NCBI GenBank assembly: GCA_963779545.1
Contig: CAVZYQ010000017.1
Location: 54,172-118,171 of the forward strand
Source: an uncultured Alphaproteobacteria bacterium
GTDB lineage: Bacteria; Pseudomonadota; Alphaproteobacteria; Rhizobiales; Xanthobacteraceae
Direction of reading: 5' to 3'
DNA: 64,000 bases
Shown: one piece after another, positions 40,382 through 49,205 of the stretch
Layout of the letters: the number at the start of each line of letters is the position of its first letter
How positions within the stretch are numbered: the stretch's first letter is position 1
Notes under the pieces: model-generated
The model's database searches: none
Seen by the model: only the letters and a program-made list of their open reading frames with translations
Told to the model about the DNA's origin: nothing
Program-made: the position numbers and the translations under genes

Positions 40382-41891
40382 TCAGTTCGTTTCCTCCACG
40401 AACACCTCGTCGCGCTTCTTACGGATCATCGGCAGGAGCGCGATGACCAGCAGGAAGGTCGCCAGCACAAGCAGCACGCCGGAGATCGGTCGGGTGAGGA
40501 AGGTGGACGGATCGCCGCGCGCGATCAGCATGGCGCGGCGCAGGTTCTCTTCCATCAGCGGGCCGAGCACGAAGCCGAGCAGCATCGGTGCCGGTTCGAA
40601 GCCGTGCTTCATCAGCCAGTACCCGAGCAGCCCGAAGCTCGCCACCATGATGACGTCGGCGGGGGCGTTGTTGATCGAGTAGACGCCGATGGAGCAGAAG
40701 ATCAGGATCATCGGGAACAGCATGCGGTAGGGCACGCGCAGCAGCCGCACCCACAGCCCGACCAGCGGCAGATTGATGACGACCAGCATCAGGTTGCCGA
40801 GCCACATCGAGGCGATCAGGCCCCAGAACAGGTCCGGCTGCTTGGTCATCACCTGCGGCCCCGGCACGATGCCGTGGATGGTCATCGCGCCGACCATCAG
40901 CGCCATCACGGCGTTGGGCGGGATGCCGAGGGTGAGCAGCGGGATGAACGAGGTCTGCGCCGCGGCATTGTTGGCGCTTTCCGGCGCCGCCACGCCTTCG
41001 ATCACGCCCTTGCCGAACCGGTGCGGATACTTCGAGACCTTCTTCTCCAGCGTGTAGGCCGCGAAGGCCGCGATGACGGCGCCGCCGCCCGGCAGGATGC
41101 CGAGGATCGAACCGAGGACCGTGCCGCGCCCAATGGCCGGCGCGGCCGCCCTGAAATCCGCCATCGTCGGCATCAGGCCGGTGATCTTTGCGTTGACGAT
41201 CTCGCGACTCGACGTTTGCTCGAGGTTGCGCATGATTTCGGCAAAGCCGAACACACCCATCGCGACGGTGACGAAGCCGATGCCGTCGGCGAGTTCCGGA
41301 ATGTCGAACGACAGGCGCGACTGCCCGGTCTCGATGTCGGATCCGACCGAGGACATCAGCAGGCCCATCAGGATCATGGCGATCGCCTTGAGCACCGAGC
41401 CCGAGGCAAGCACGACCGCGAACACAAGGCCGAGCACCATCAGCGAGAAGTATTCCGCCGGGCCGAACAGCAGCGCCAGCGAGGTGAGCGGCGCGCCGAG
41501 CGCCGCGACCAGCACGGTGGCGACGCTAGCCCGCGATGAACGAGCCGATGGCCGCGATGGCGAGGGCGGCTCCGGCCCTGCCCTGCTTGGCCATCTGGTG
41601 GCCGTCGAGCGTCGTCACCACCGCGGACGATTCACCCGGGATGTTGATCAGGATCGCGGTGGTCGAGCCGCCGTACTGCGCGCCGTAGTAGATGCCGGCG
41701 AGCATGATCAGCGCGCCGACCGGCGGAAGCCCGAACGTGATCGGCAGCAGCATCGCGATGGTGGCGAGCGGGCCGATGCCGGGCAGCACGCCGATCAGCG
41801 TGCCGACGAGCGCGCCGACCAGGCACAGGCCGATATTGGTCGGCGTGACCGCGACGGAAAAGCCGAAGATGAGGTTTGCGAAGAGATCCAT
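40382..41891 (-). pseudogene. tctA: Tripartite tricarboxylate transporter permease TctA, one frameshift
   Basis: ORF 41526..41891 ([11 protein letters not shown]...) and ORF 40382..41515 are contiguous parts of one TctA. The junction GSFIAG|(S)VATVLVAALG is near 41525. The span is 1510 nt. Confidence 0.9.
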
Positions 41892-41909
41892 GGTGTGTCC
41901 CCTCGCGCC

Positions 41910-42566
41910 TTAAAACCGTGGCCAAAGCTGCAGCGGCAGATTGAGCCCGTAGGGGAACAGGATCGCGCAGAACAAGGTGAGCACCGCGCCCCAGATCGCG
42001 GTCTCGATCCAGCGCACCTCATGGGTGGCGGCGGCCGAGACCATGATGGTCAGGAAGCTTGCGGTGATCAGACCGAGCGGACGGACCGACATGGCGAAGA
42101 TCAGCGTCGCGCAGGTGATGAACACCGGCCCGCGCGGTGCGAACCGCATCAGGATCAATGCAAGGCCGATCAAGACGAGGATTTGCAGCGTCGCGACGAT
42201 GATCTCGGTCGGGATGCCGGCGGTCTGGCGGCCGAGCTTGCTCGAGTAATACGTCATCGGGATCAGCGCGAGGACCATAACTGCGCCGCCGAGCGGCCCG
42301 GTGACGGAGTGCGGCTCGCTCGGCGGGCCATCGGTCAGCAGGCCGACCAGCGCGACTGCGGCGCCAAGTCCGATCAGCGAATAGGTGAAGAGCCGCGGCG
42401 CGGTGCCGGGGCCGAACGCAAAGCCGCGCATGCCGGGCAGGTCCGAAGCAGCCCACAGCGCAAAGCAGCCCATCGCGATAAGGGCGAGGCCACCCCAGAA
42501 ATCCTGCGGACTGCGGATCAATCCTCGCTGCCGTGACGGCGCGATCCCCCCGGACCCCTCAGACAT
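41910..42566 (-). CDS. tctB: Tripartite tricarboxylate transporter small membrane subunit TctB
   Basis: Starts MSEGSGGIAPS after GGAGAGG. It has four hydrophobic segments and sits directly upstream of tctA. Confidence 0.75.
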   Translation of the reverse strand: MSEGSGGIAPSRQRGLIRSPQDFWGGLALIAMGCFALWAASDLPGMRGFAFGPGTAPRLFTYSLIGLGAAVALVGLLTDGPPSEPHSVTGPLGGAVMVLALIPMTYYSSKLGRQTAGIPTEIIVATLQILVLIGLALILMRFAPRGPVFITCATLIFAMSVRPLGLITASFLTIMVSAAATHEVRWIETAIWGAVLTLFCAILFPYGLNLPLQLWPRF

Positions 42567-42845
42567 GTCCCCTCTCCGTTTTTGTGTACGAAAAACCGCC
42601 GCGCATTCTTCGTGCGCGTATCCTTGCCTAGCACACTCAATCGGCCTCTGCCCAAACAAAAGCGACAAAAGCGCACACCGTCAATCTGGGATTTGCGCTG
42701 CCTGAATTTCGGGCAGCAGTGTTGCGGCAAAGCCGAGAGATTACCGGGAGTTCCGCCGGACCATTCCACCCTTCGGCTTGCGCGATGAGGTGAGCCTTGC
42801 GGTCGTGACGCTGGTCCCTACGATGCGTCTACACGGGGGAAACAC

Positions 42846-43271
42846 ATGGCATCGGAGAAAGATCTCAACGCGCCGGACTTCGGCGGCAACGCCGCATCAG
42901 CTTTCGGCGCGGCCGCGATCGCGCAATCGGCGAAAGGCACGAAGGGCTGGCTGCGCTGGTTTCTGCTGGCCTGCCTCGCCATCACGGCGCTGGCGGTCGG
43001 CGCGGGCGCGATCGACAAGATCGTCAACATCAACGCGCTGCCGGCCTGCGATGCGAAGCGCACGCGCGACACGCTCTCCGATCTCAACAAGGCGAGCCAG
43101 GTGAACGCCTCGGCCTACAACTTCATCAAGGAGACGGCGAAGAGCGAGACCGAAATCCGCTGCGTCGCGAATCTGGCACTGCGCGCCGGCGGAACGCTCG
43201 AGTACGACTACCGCATCTATAAGGACGGCTCGGCCATCAAGGTCGAGATCACAAATCGCCGGAACCAGTAG
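42846..43271 (+). CDS. Hypothetical membrane-anchored protein (141 aa)
   Basis: One TM segment (WLRWFLLACLAITALAVGAGA) plus a small extracytoplasmic domain with 2 Cys. No family recognised. Confidence 0.5.
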   Translation: MASEKDLNAPDFGGNAASAFGAAAIAQSAKGTKGWLRWFLLACLAITALAVGAGAIDKIVNINALPACDAKRTRDTLSDLNKASQVNASAYNFIKETAKSETEIRCVANLALRAGGTLEYDYRIYKDGSAIKVEITNRRNQ

Positions 43272-44867
43272 CCGGCCGCGCCAAGGGTACTGCCGAGATT
43301 GTCGATCAGCCGCGCGAGACCGGCCGCGTCACGGGCGATTCCGTAAACATAGAAATCGGGGCGTAGCAGAACCGCAACCGCCTGATGCGCCGAAAACCAG
43401 GCCGTCAGGTCGCCATCCTCATCGCGCAGCGTTGACGTGTCGTTCGCATCGCCAATCGCGAAGGCGCGGACGCCAGCGCGTCGCATCGCGGCGCGCTGCG
43501 CAGCGCTCAGGCCCCCAAGCAACGCTTGCGAATCCGCCAGCACAACGAATCCGCCGCCGGTTGCATCGTCGAGCATCATGCGCCGGCCGCCCTGCCCGAC
43601 ATGCGGCTGGATGAAACGCGCGCCGGTTCCCGGCGCCGCCCTCCGCGTCGACCACCCCGGCGCGGATCGGCGGGATGAGATCGCTCGCGCTTGCGGGCGC
43701 GGGCTTGCCCATGGCGGCGCGCAGCGTCGCGTCGCGTTTCGCCGCGGCGGCCGGATCGCGCTCGCAGATGTAGCGCCCCGCCGCGATCGCGGCCTCGATC
43801 ACGGCGCGCACATGCGGCTCGCGCTCTTGTTGATACGTGTCGAGCAGGCGCGCGTCCGCGCCGCCGCGCAGCACCGCCTTGAATTTCCACGCGAGGTTCG
43901 CGGCGTCGCGGAACCCGTGGCACATCCCCTGCCCGAAGAACGGCGGCGTCTGATGCGCGGCGTCGCCCGCCAGGAAGATGGCGCCCTGTTTCCACTGTTC
44001 GGCGAGGAGCCCGTGAAACCGGTAGGTCGCGGCGCGGACGATGCGGGACTTCACATTGCGCACATAGGGCGCGACCAGCGCCTCCACGCGCGCGGGCTCC
44101 ATCATCTCGTCCTCGCGCTCGCCGGGCAGCAGCATGAACTCCCAGCGGCGGTGATTGCGGCGGCCCGGAACCAGTGTCGCGGGCCGCTTCGGATCGCACA
44201 GCATCACCGAGAGATGCTGCAGGTCCGCGCCGGCGGGCACGCCGGAGAAATCCGGGAACGTCATCGGCCCGTCGACCTCGGCATCGACCACAAGCCACGG
44301 CTCGTCGAACACAAGGTCGGCGAGCCGGATGCCGAGCGCCTTGCGGGTGAAGCTGTTGGCGCCATCGCACGCCACCACGTAGCGCGCCGTGATTTGCCCG
44401 CGTGCGCCGTCCCGATCCTTGGTGCCGAGAACAACCCGGTCGCCGTCCTGCGCGATCGCCGTGAGTTCCACGCCGCTGCGCAACGCCACATGCGGATAGC
44501 GCGCCAGCGCCTCGCGCATCGCGGCTTCGAGTTCGGGCTGGAAGAAGAAATAGTCGTTCGCCCAGCCGAAGCGCTTGCGCAGCCCGGCCGAGCCGAGATA
44601 GCGGATCACGCCGCCGTCCGCGCCGATGTGAATGTGGCCGTGCGCCTCGCGCATCAGCGGCAGCACCGTTTGCGCCAGGCCCACCGACTGGAAGATGCGC
44701 ATCATCTCGTGGTCGATATGCACGGCGCGCGGCAGCGGATAGGGCGCGGCCTCGCGCTCGATCACCAGCGTGCGCAGGCCCGCGTGTCCGAACAGGTTCG
44801 CCGCCATCGCGCCGACCGGGCCGCATCCGATAATCGCGACCTCGCAGTCCACCGCCGCATCGCTCAT
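43217..44867 (-). pseudogene. FAD-dependent aromatic monooxygenase (MhpA/3-hydroxyphenylpropionate hydroxylase-like), one frameshift
   Basis: MSDAAVDCEVAIIGCGPVGAMAANL...GDAAHQTPPFFGQGMCHG is followed in another frame by MMLDDATGGGFVVLAD... (ORF 43217..43579). Shift near 43630. The 3' end is uncertain. Confidence 0.75.
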
Positions 44868-45766
44868 GTGCGGAAGCCGTCCGCGCTGAAGGCAAACAGC
44901 TGCTGGATACGCGCGAGCCTTGGCGTTTGCGGATTGGTCACGCCCCACTGGTCGCTGCGCCCGGGCGGAAATTTCCAGAAATCCGGCCCGCGCGGCACGT
45001 AAGCGTCGTCGATCTGCAGCACCTCGCTGGTGTATTCGAGCGGGATCTCCTCCGGCCCCGCGAAATACGCGAACACGTTGTTGCCCGGCCCGTGGCGCCC
45101 GACGCCCCACTCGATCGGATAGCCGGCGTCGCGCATGCGCCCTGCCCCGCGCATCACCGAGTCGAGATCGATCATGTCGAACGCGATGTGGTTGAGCGTG
45201 GCGTTGCTGTGCTTCACCAGCGCCAGCGAAAAATGATCCGGGCAATCCGCGTGCAGGAAGCGCGCCCGCACCGTCTCGTCGATCAGGCGGAAGCCGAGCA
45301 CGTCGCACATGAAGCGCGTCGAGGCGTCGTAGTCGGCCGCATTCAGGTTGATGTGCGTGACCTTGTGCGGCCGGTCCGGCGCGGGCGCTTCGCTGCGCAT
45401 CTCGCCGCCGCACGCCACCGCAAGGTTGCGCCCTTCCGGGTCCCGGAACCCGAAACCGAAGCCGCCGCCCGGCGCGCTCCACTCATGCGGCGCTTCGCAC
45501 TCCACGCCGCTCGCCTTCACCCGCGCGTGCAGCGCCGCGACCGCCTCGCGGTCCGCCGCATCGAACACCACGCGGCGGATCGCCGGCTGCGCCGCCGCAT
45601 GCAGGCTGAGGATATGATGATACGTGCTGGTGCCGGCGAAATAGCGCACGCCGTCGGCGCCCACCACTTCCGTCAGCCGCCACACATCCGCGTAGAACGC
45701 CGCCGCCTCATCCATCGCGCAGACGTCGATCGCGACGCTGCGGATGCCCCGCACACGCACCGTCAT
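44864..45766 (-). CDS. Extradiol ring-cleavage dioxygenase (VOC superfamily, two-domain)
   Basis: Intact 300 aa. Its stop overlaps the monooxygenase ATG (ATGA). Confidence 0.75.
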   Translation of the reverse strand: MTVRVRGIRSVAIDVCAMDEAAAFYADVWRLTEVVGADGVRYFAGTSTYHHILSLHAAAQPAIRRVVFDAADREAVAALHARVKASGVECEAPHEWSAPGGGFGFGFRDPEGRNLAVACGGEMRSEAPAPDRPHKVTHINLNAADYDASTRFMCDVLGFRLIDETVRARFLHADCPDHFSLALVKHSNATLNHIAFDMIDLDSVMRGAGRMRDAGYPIEWGVGRHGPGNNVFAYFAGPEEIPLEYTSEVLQIDDAYVPRGPDFWKFPPGRSDQWGVTNPQTPRLARIQQLFAFSADGFRT

Positions 45767-45773
45767 GACTGGT

Positions 45774-46748
45774 TTACTGCGGCTCGATGCCGAGCTCCTG
45801 CGTGGTCTTCGCCCACAGCGCGAGCTGGACTTTCAAAAACTCCGCCGCATCCTCGGGCGAGCCGACGCCCTTCGGATCGAGCTCGAAGCCGAGCTTGGGC
45901 GCAAGGTCGCGCACCTGCGCGTCGCGCGCCGCCTCGCCGATCGCGGCGTTGAGCTTCTTCACGATGTCGGCGGGCGTTCCGGTCGGCGCCATCACCATGA
46001 ACCAGCCGGAGAAATCGAAGCCCGGCAGCGTCTCGGCCGCGGCCGGCACATCGGGCGCCGCGACAAGGCGATGCGTTGAGGCGGTCGCGAGCGCGCGCAG
46101 CGCGCCGCTGCGCACATGCGCCTCCACGATCGAGGCCGAGAAGATGCCGGCCTGCGTGCGGCCCGTGATGGTGTCCTGCAGGCCGTTGTTGATGTTCACC
46201 GAGGGCACCAGCACCATCTGCGTGCCGGCGCGCTTGTTCAGCGCCTGGCCGGTGACGCCCGCGAGATTGCGCAGGCCGTCGACCGACATCGAGATCTTGC
46301 CGGGCTCCTTTTTGTCGAGCGCGATCAGCTCGGCGAGCGTTTTCGCCGCCACGTCCGGATGCACCACGATCACCTGATGGCTGCGCGTCACCAGCGCGAC
46401 CGGCACGAAATCCTTCACCGGGTCGTAGCTGAGGTTCTTCACCATGTAGGGATTGGTGACGAGCGACGCGGAGGTCGCGAAGAAGAAGGTGTAGCCGTCC
46501 GGCGCCGCGCGCGCCGCGGCCTGCGCGCCGATCACGTTGCCGGCGCCCGGCTTGTTCTCGACGATCACGGTTTGGCCGAGCGTCACGGAGAGCTTGGCGG
46601 CAATCATCCGCGCCATCACGTCCGGGCTCGCCCCCGCCGATTGCGACACGATGAAGGTGACGGGCCGTGTAGGCCAGGGTTGGGCGGCGGCGGGCGAAGC
46701 CAGCGCGGCGGTCAAGATGGTGAAAAGCAGGGCGGCGAGCGCACGCAT
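45774..46748 (-). CDS. tctC: Tripartite tricarboxylate transporter substrate-binding protein (Bug/TctC family)
   Basis: Starts MRALAALLFTILTAALASPAAAQ after GGAG. 324 aa. Confidence 0.85.
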   Translation of the reverse strand: MRALAALLFTILTAALASPAAAQPWPTRPVTFIVSQSAGASPDVMARMIAAKLSVTLGQTVIVENKPGAGNVIGAQAAARAAPDGYTFFFATSASLVTNPYMVKNLSYDPVKDFVPVALVTRSHQVIVVHPDVAAKTLAELIALDKKEPGKISMSVDGLRNLAGVTGQALNKRAGTQMVLVPSVNINNGLQDTITGRTQAGIFSASIVEAHVRSGALRALATASTHRLVAAPDVPAAAETLPGFDFSGWFMVMAPTGTPADIVKKLNAAIGEAARDAQVRDLAPKLGFELDPKGVGSPEDAAEFLKVQLALWAKTTQELGIEPQ

Positions 46749-46874
46749 GCAGTGCTCCGTGTTGTTGCCCACGCTCATAGCACAGGGGCGGAGGTGGGAA
46801 AGATGCTCACTGCGGCACCGCTAGGAGATACGCAGCACAGATGACGCGACGCCTGCCCGCGAACTCGGTCTGGT

Positions 46875-46913
46875 CCCCTCTCCCGCTTGCGGGAAGAGGG
46901 TTAGGGAGAGGGC
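46875..46913. repeat. REP-like hairpin related to the 12732..12868 cluster
   Basis: ccctctccc-gcttgc-gggaagaggg followed by ttagggagaggg. Confidence 0.6.
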
Positions 46914-47013
46914 TCTTAGAACTCGCGGCGGCGAAAAACCGCGGAACGGCAGACCCGCTCGCACGTTGCGCTCTCGCGAACCATCGCGGTCGCGCCGCAG
47001 CGGTGATAGTCCG

Positions 47014-47504
47014 ATGACCTCCAAATGCCTCACCCGACCTGCACGGCTTCTTGCGTCGGTCTTCATCATGGGTCTCGTCATCGGCACCGCGTCGGCACAG
47101 CCGGCCGGTCTCGACTGGCGGCAATTCAGCGACCGGCTCGGAACCCGCGTCGACTATCCGGCGGCGCTGTTCTCCGAAACGCCCGCCTCAGGCGAGAACG
47201 GCGTGACGCTTGCGCGGCCCGACGGCCGCGCCCAGCTGCGCATCTTCACGGTCGCGAATGCACGCGGCGAGACACCGCGCAGCTTCCTGCGCCGCCAATT
47301 CCCCTTCAACCGCGCGACGCTCGCCTATGATCGCGTCACGCCAACTTCTTCGCGGTCTCGGCGCGGCGCGAGGGGCGGATCGTCTACACGCGCTGCAACT
47401 TCGCGCAACGCATCCACTGCATCGAACTCGGCTATCCACAATCCGAGAAGCGCGCGTTCGATCCGGTCACGACGCGGATCAGCCTGTCGCTGCGGCCGCG
47501 GTGA
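47014..47504 (+). pseudogene. Hypothetical secreted protein, one frameshift
   Basis: MTSKCLTRPARLLASVFIMGLVIGTASA... runs to LAYDRVTP. It continues in another frame as NFFAVSARREGRIVYTRCNFAQRIHCIELGYPQSEKRAFDPVTTRISLSLRPR, ending at TGA 47502-47504. Confidence 0.5.
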
Positions 47505-47607
47505 GCGGGCGGGCTTAAGACCTACCACCGATCGCTGCATTAAGCGCCTGCGCGGCCAGCCGCTCGTCGGACGCTGCCGGCGAGCGACTTGGCGGCAAGG
47601 CACGCCT

Positions 47608-47637
47608 CTTGACTATTTCCTATCATAGGAATATACA
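47608..47637 (+). promoter_or_regulatory. Promoter candidate with an embedded perfect palindrome (operator-like)
   Basis: CTTGAC (47608-47613), an 18-nt spacer, then TATACA (47632-47637). The spacer contains TTCCTAT-C-ATAGGAA (47617-47631). Confidence 0.5.
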
Positions 47638-47644
47638 CATTTCC

Positions 47645-48060
47645 ATCCCTTGCCCGCTCTCCCCTTGCCGTCATGACGCGAGGGGCTGCGCGGGAAAGGC
47701 CGAAGGACGGGCCGGAGATCGGGCCCAAATCCTTTGGGGCGGATGCGGCGAAAGCCGTATCGGCCGGTGGAGCGCCGGGAGGCGCAGCGTCCGGGTGGCT
47801 GGCCTCGCAAACCTGCCATTGCAGGGCGCGCGCGCCTCGGGATGGGCCTCGCAAACCCATCCCGACAATCGGGCCGTTGGCCTTCGCAAAGCCAGCCGGT
47901 CCGCGGTGCGCGAAGTGTCCCGATCGCAAGGGGCACGAGCGGCCTCGCAAGCCGCTGGCGCCTCCCGGCGCTCCATTCCCTCTTCGGAGGGCTAAGGAAA
48001 ACGGGAACGGGCAACCCGCGCCCTCGTCAAAACGGGCGGCGGAGCGTTGGCAACGGACGG
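47645..48060 (+). ncRNA. Candidate structured non-coding RNA or hairpin array of unknown class
   Basis: A 600-bp gap without credible coding potential. It has at least 8 stem-loops, including c(GAAA)g at 47742-47761 and c(UUCG)g at 47978-47991. Five hairpins share the loop YUCGCAA. A 17-bp long-range complement pairs 47769-47785 with 47958-47974. Confidence 0.35.
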
Positions 48061-48109
48061 GAACAATCGCAGCCTTTCTTCTTAACCTGCGCCCCCCTAT
48101 ATTGGGCGT

Positions 48110-48480
48110 GCCGTCCCGCAAGGGCCGGCTATGGCGATAAACGGGCGTCGTAATAAACCTTTCGGACCCGGGGGCAGTACCCGGCGGCTCCACCCGTGCA
48201 GCTCTTGCGTCTCAAATCCCATCTCGGTGGGATCGGTCCTCTCCGTAAGGATGGACCTGAGGGCTGCATCGGCGGGGCCGAAACAGGATCGACGAGGGCG
48301 TAAAGGACGTGCTTTTGCCCGAGATGGCTCCGACGTAACGGGCCAATCCATAGTTGCCAACGACAACTATGCTCCGGTAGCGCAGGCCGCGTAAGCGGTT
48401 TGTAATACCGATACTTAAAGTCCTGGCGGGATAAGCTCCGTCAGGCGGGGTTCGGAGGCACCTGGCAACAGAAGCCTCCA
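48110..48480 (+). ncRNA. ssrA: Two-piece (circularly permuted) tmRNA gene: acceptor piece, intervening segment, coding piece
   Basis: UUUCGGAC plus T-arm CCGGG-GGCAGUA-CCCGG plus CGGCUCC-A-CC (48161-48194). GGGGCCG (48274-48280) pairs with CGGCUCC, giving G3:U. GGAUCGACG lies at 48286-48294. The tag ORF GCC AAC GAC AAC TAT GCT CCG GTA GCG CAG GCC GCG TAA is at 48356-48394. CTATAT at 48097-48102 is a possible -10. The ends are approximate. Confidence 0.9.
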
Positions 48481-48581
48481 CTTCTCTTCTCTCTCGCTTT
48501 GTGACAAGGCCGCGCCAACAAGGCAGTGGGCGGCCCGCGCGCCGCAGCGCTAATATCGGCACGAATCTGATCAGGGCTCGC

Positions 48582-49199
48582 ATGTCGGTCGACCACATCC
48601 GCTACGATCTGTTGACCCAGCAGGCGCTGCGCGCGGTGGTGCGCCGCGTGCTGTCCGATTCGCCAAGACCGGCGCGCTGCCGGGCGAGCATCATTTCTAC
48701 ATCACGTTCGACACGCGCGCGCCGGGCGTGAAGCTGTCCACGCGGATGCGCGAGCAGTATCCGGAAGAAATGACCGTCGTGCTGCAGTACCAGTTCTGGG
48801 ACATGGCGGTGACGGAGGCGCATTTCGAGGTGGCGCTTTCCTTCAACGGCGTATCCGAAAAGCTTCATGTGCCGTTCGACGCCGTGAAGGGCTTCTTCGA
48901 TCCGTCGGTGCAGTTCGGCCTGCAGTTCGAGACCGTGACCGAGGCGCTCAACGCCGAGAAGCCGGCGCTCGCGCCCGCCGCCGAGGAGAAAGCCGCGCGG
49001 CCGCGCCGCAAGCCTGCGGTGGCCGAAGCGGATGATGAGCGCCGGCCGCGATCGGTCCGGCGGAGCCGGCAAAGCCCGCGGCGGCGAAACCCGCGCCCGC
49101 CAAGGCGCGCCGCCTGCGATCGCGGTGGTCGAAAACAAGCCGGAGCCCGAAAAGGGCGGCGCCGAAGTCGTGCGGCTGGATCGCTTCCGCAAGAAATAG
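48582..49199 (+). pseudogene. sspB: Alpha-proteobacterial SspB (ClpXP adaptor for ssrA-tagged proteins), two frameshifts
   Basis: MSVDHIRYDLLTQQALRAVVRRVLSD / FAKTGALPGEHHFYITFDTRAPGVKLSTRMREQYPEEMTVVLQYQFW... / C-terminal ...EVVRLDRFRKK. Frames go 0, 2, 0. Confidence 0.8.
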
Positions 49200-49205
49200 A
49201 CTTCC

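Noticed and set aside
43217-43271. 55-nt convergent overlap between the hypothetical gene 42846..43271 and the monooxygenase tail
   Set aside because: It is probably an artefact of an additional undetected frameshift near the monooxygenase 3' end (an alternative frame stops earlier). It is not treated as a real overlap.
47797-47956. CRISPR-like array (regularly spaced hairpins)
   Set aside because: The repeated parts are only 7-9-nt loops. The stems are all different, the spacing is irregular (about 20-45 nt), and there are no cas genes.
47769-47974. The 17-bp inverted repeats as terminal repeats of a MITE
   Set aside because: No target-site duplication flanks them (ggt versus att). Each arm is itself a small hairpin (gcgcc-ggga-ggcgc). 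The interior lacks similarity to the other repeat families in the window. This is kept only as an alternative to the RNA-helix reading.
47680-48060. Possible RNase P RNA, riboswitch (cobalamin-like GGAAAACGGGAAC) or group II intron domain V (AGCCGTAT)
   Set aside because: The diagnostic motifs are absent: no GAGGAAAGUCCGG/ACAGAA pair, no B12 box or GGUG core, no domain-V GAAA-capped 14-bp helix, and no RT/maturase ORF nearby.
47540-48193. 217-aa minus-strand ORF and overlapping plus-strand ORFs in the ssrA upstream region
   Set aside because: They have no protein-like composition (Pro/Gly/Arg/Ala runs) and no start context. The region is better explained by stem-loops and by the tmRNA gene.
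48110-48600. Genomic island or prophage integrated at ssrA
   Set aside because: No integrase, duplicated ssrA 3' end or phage genes lie on either side. Conserved sspB follows directly.
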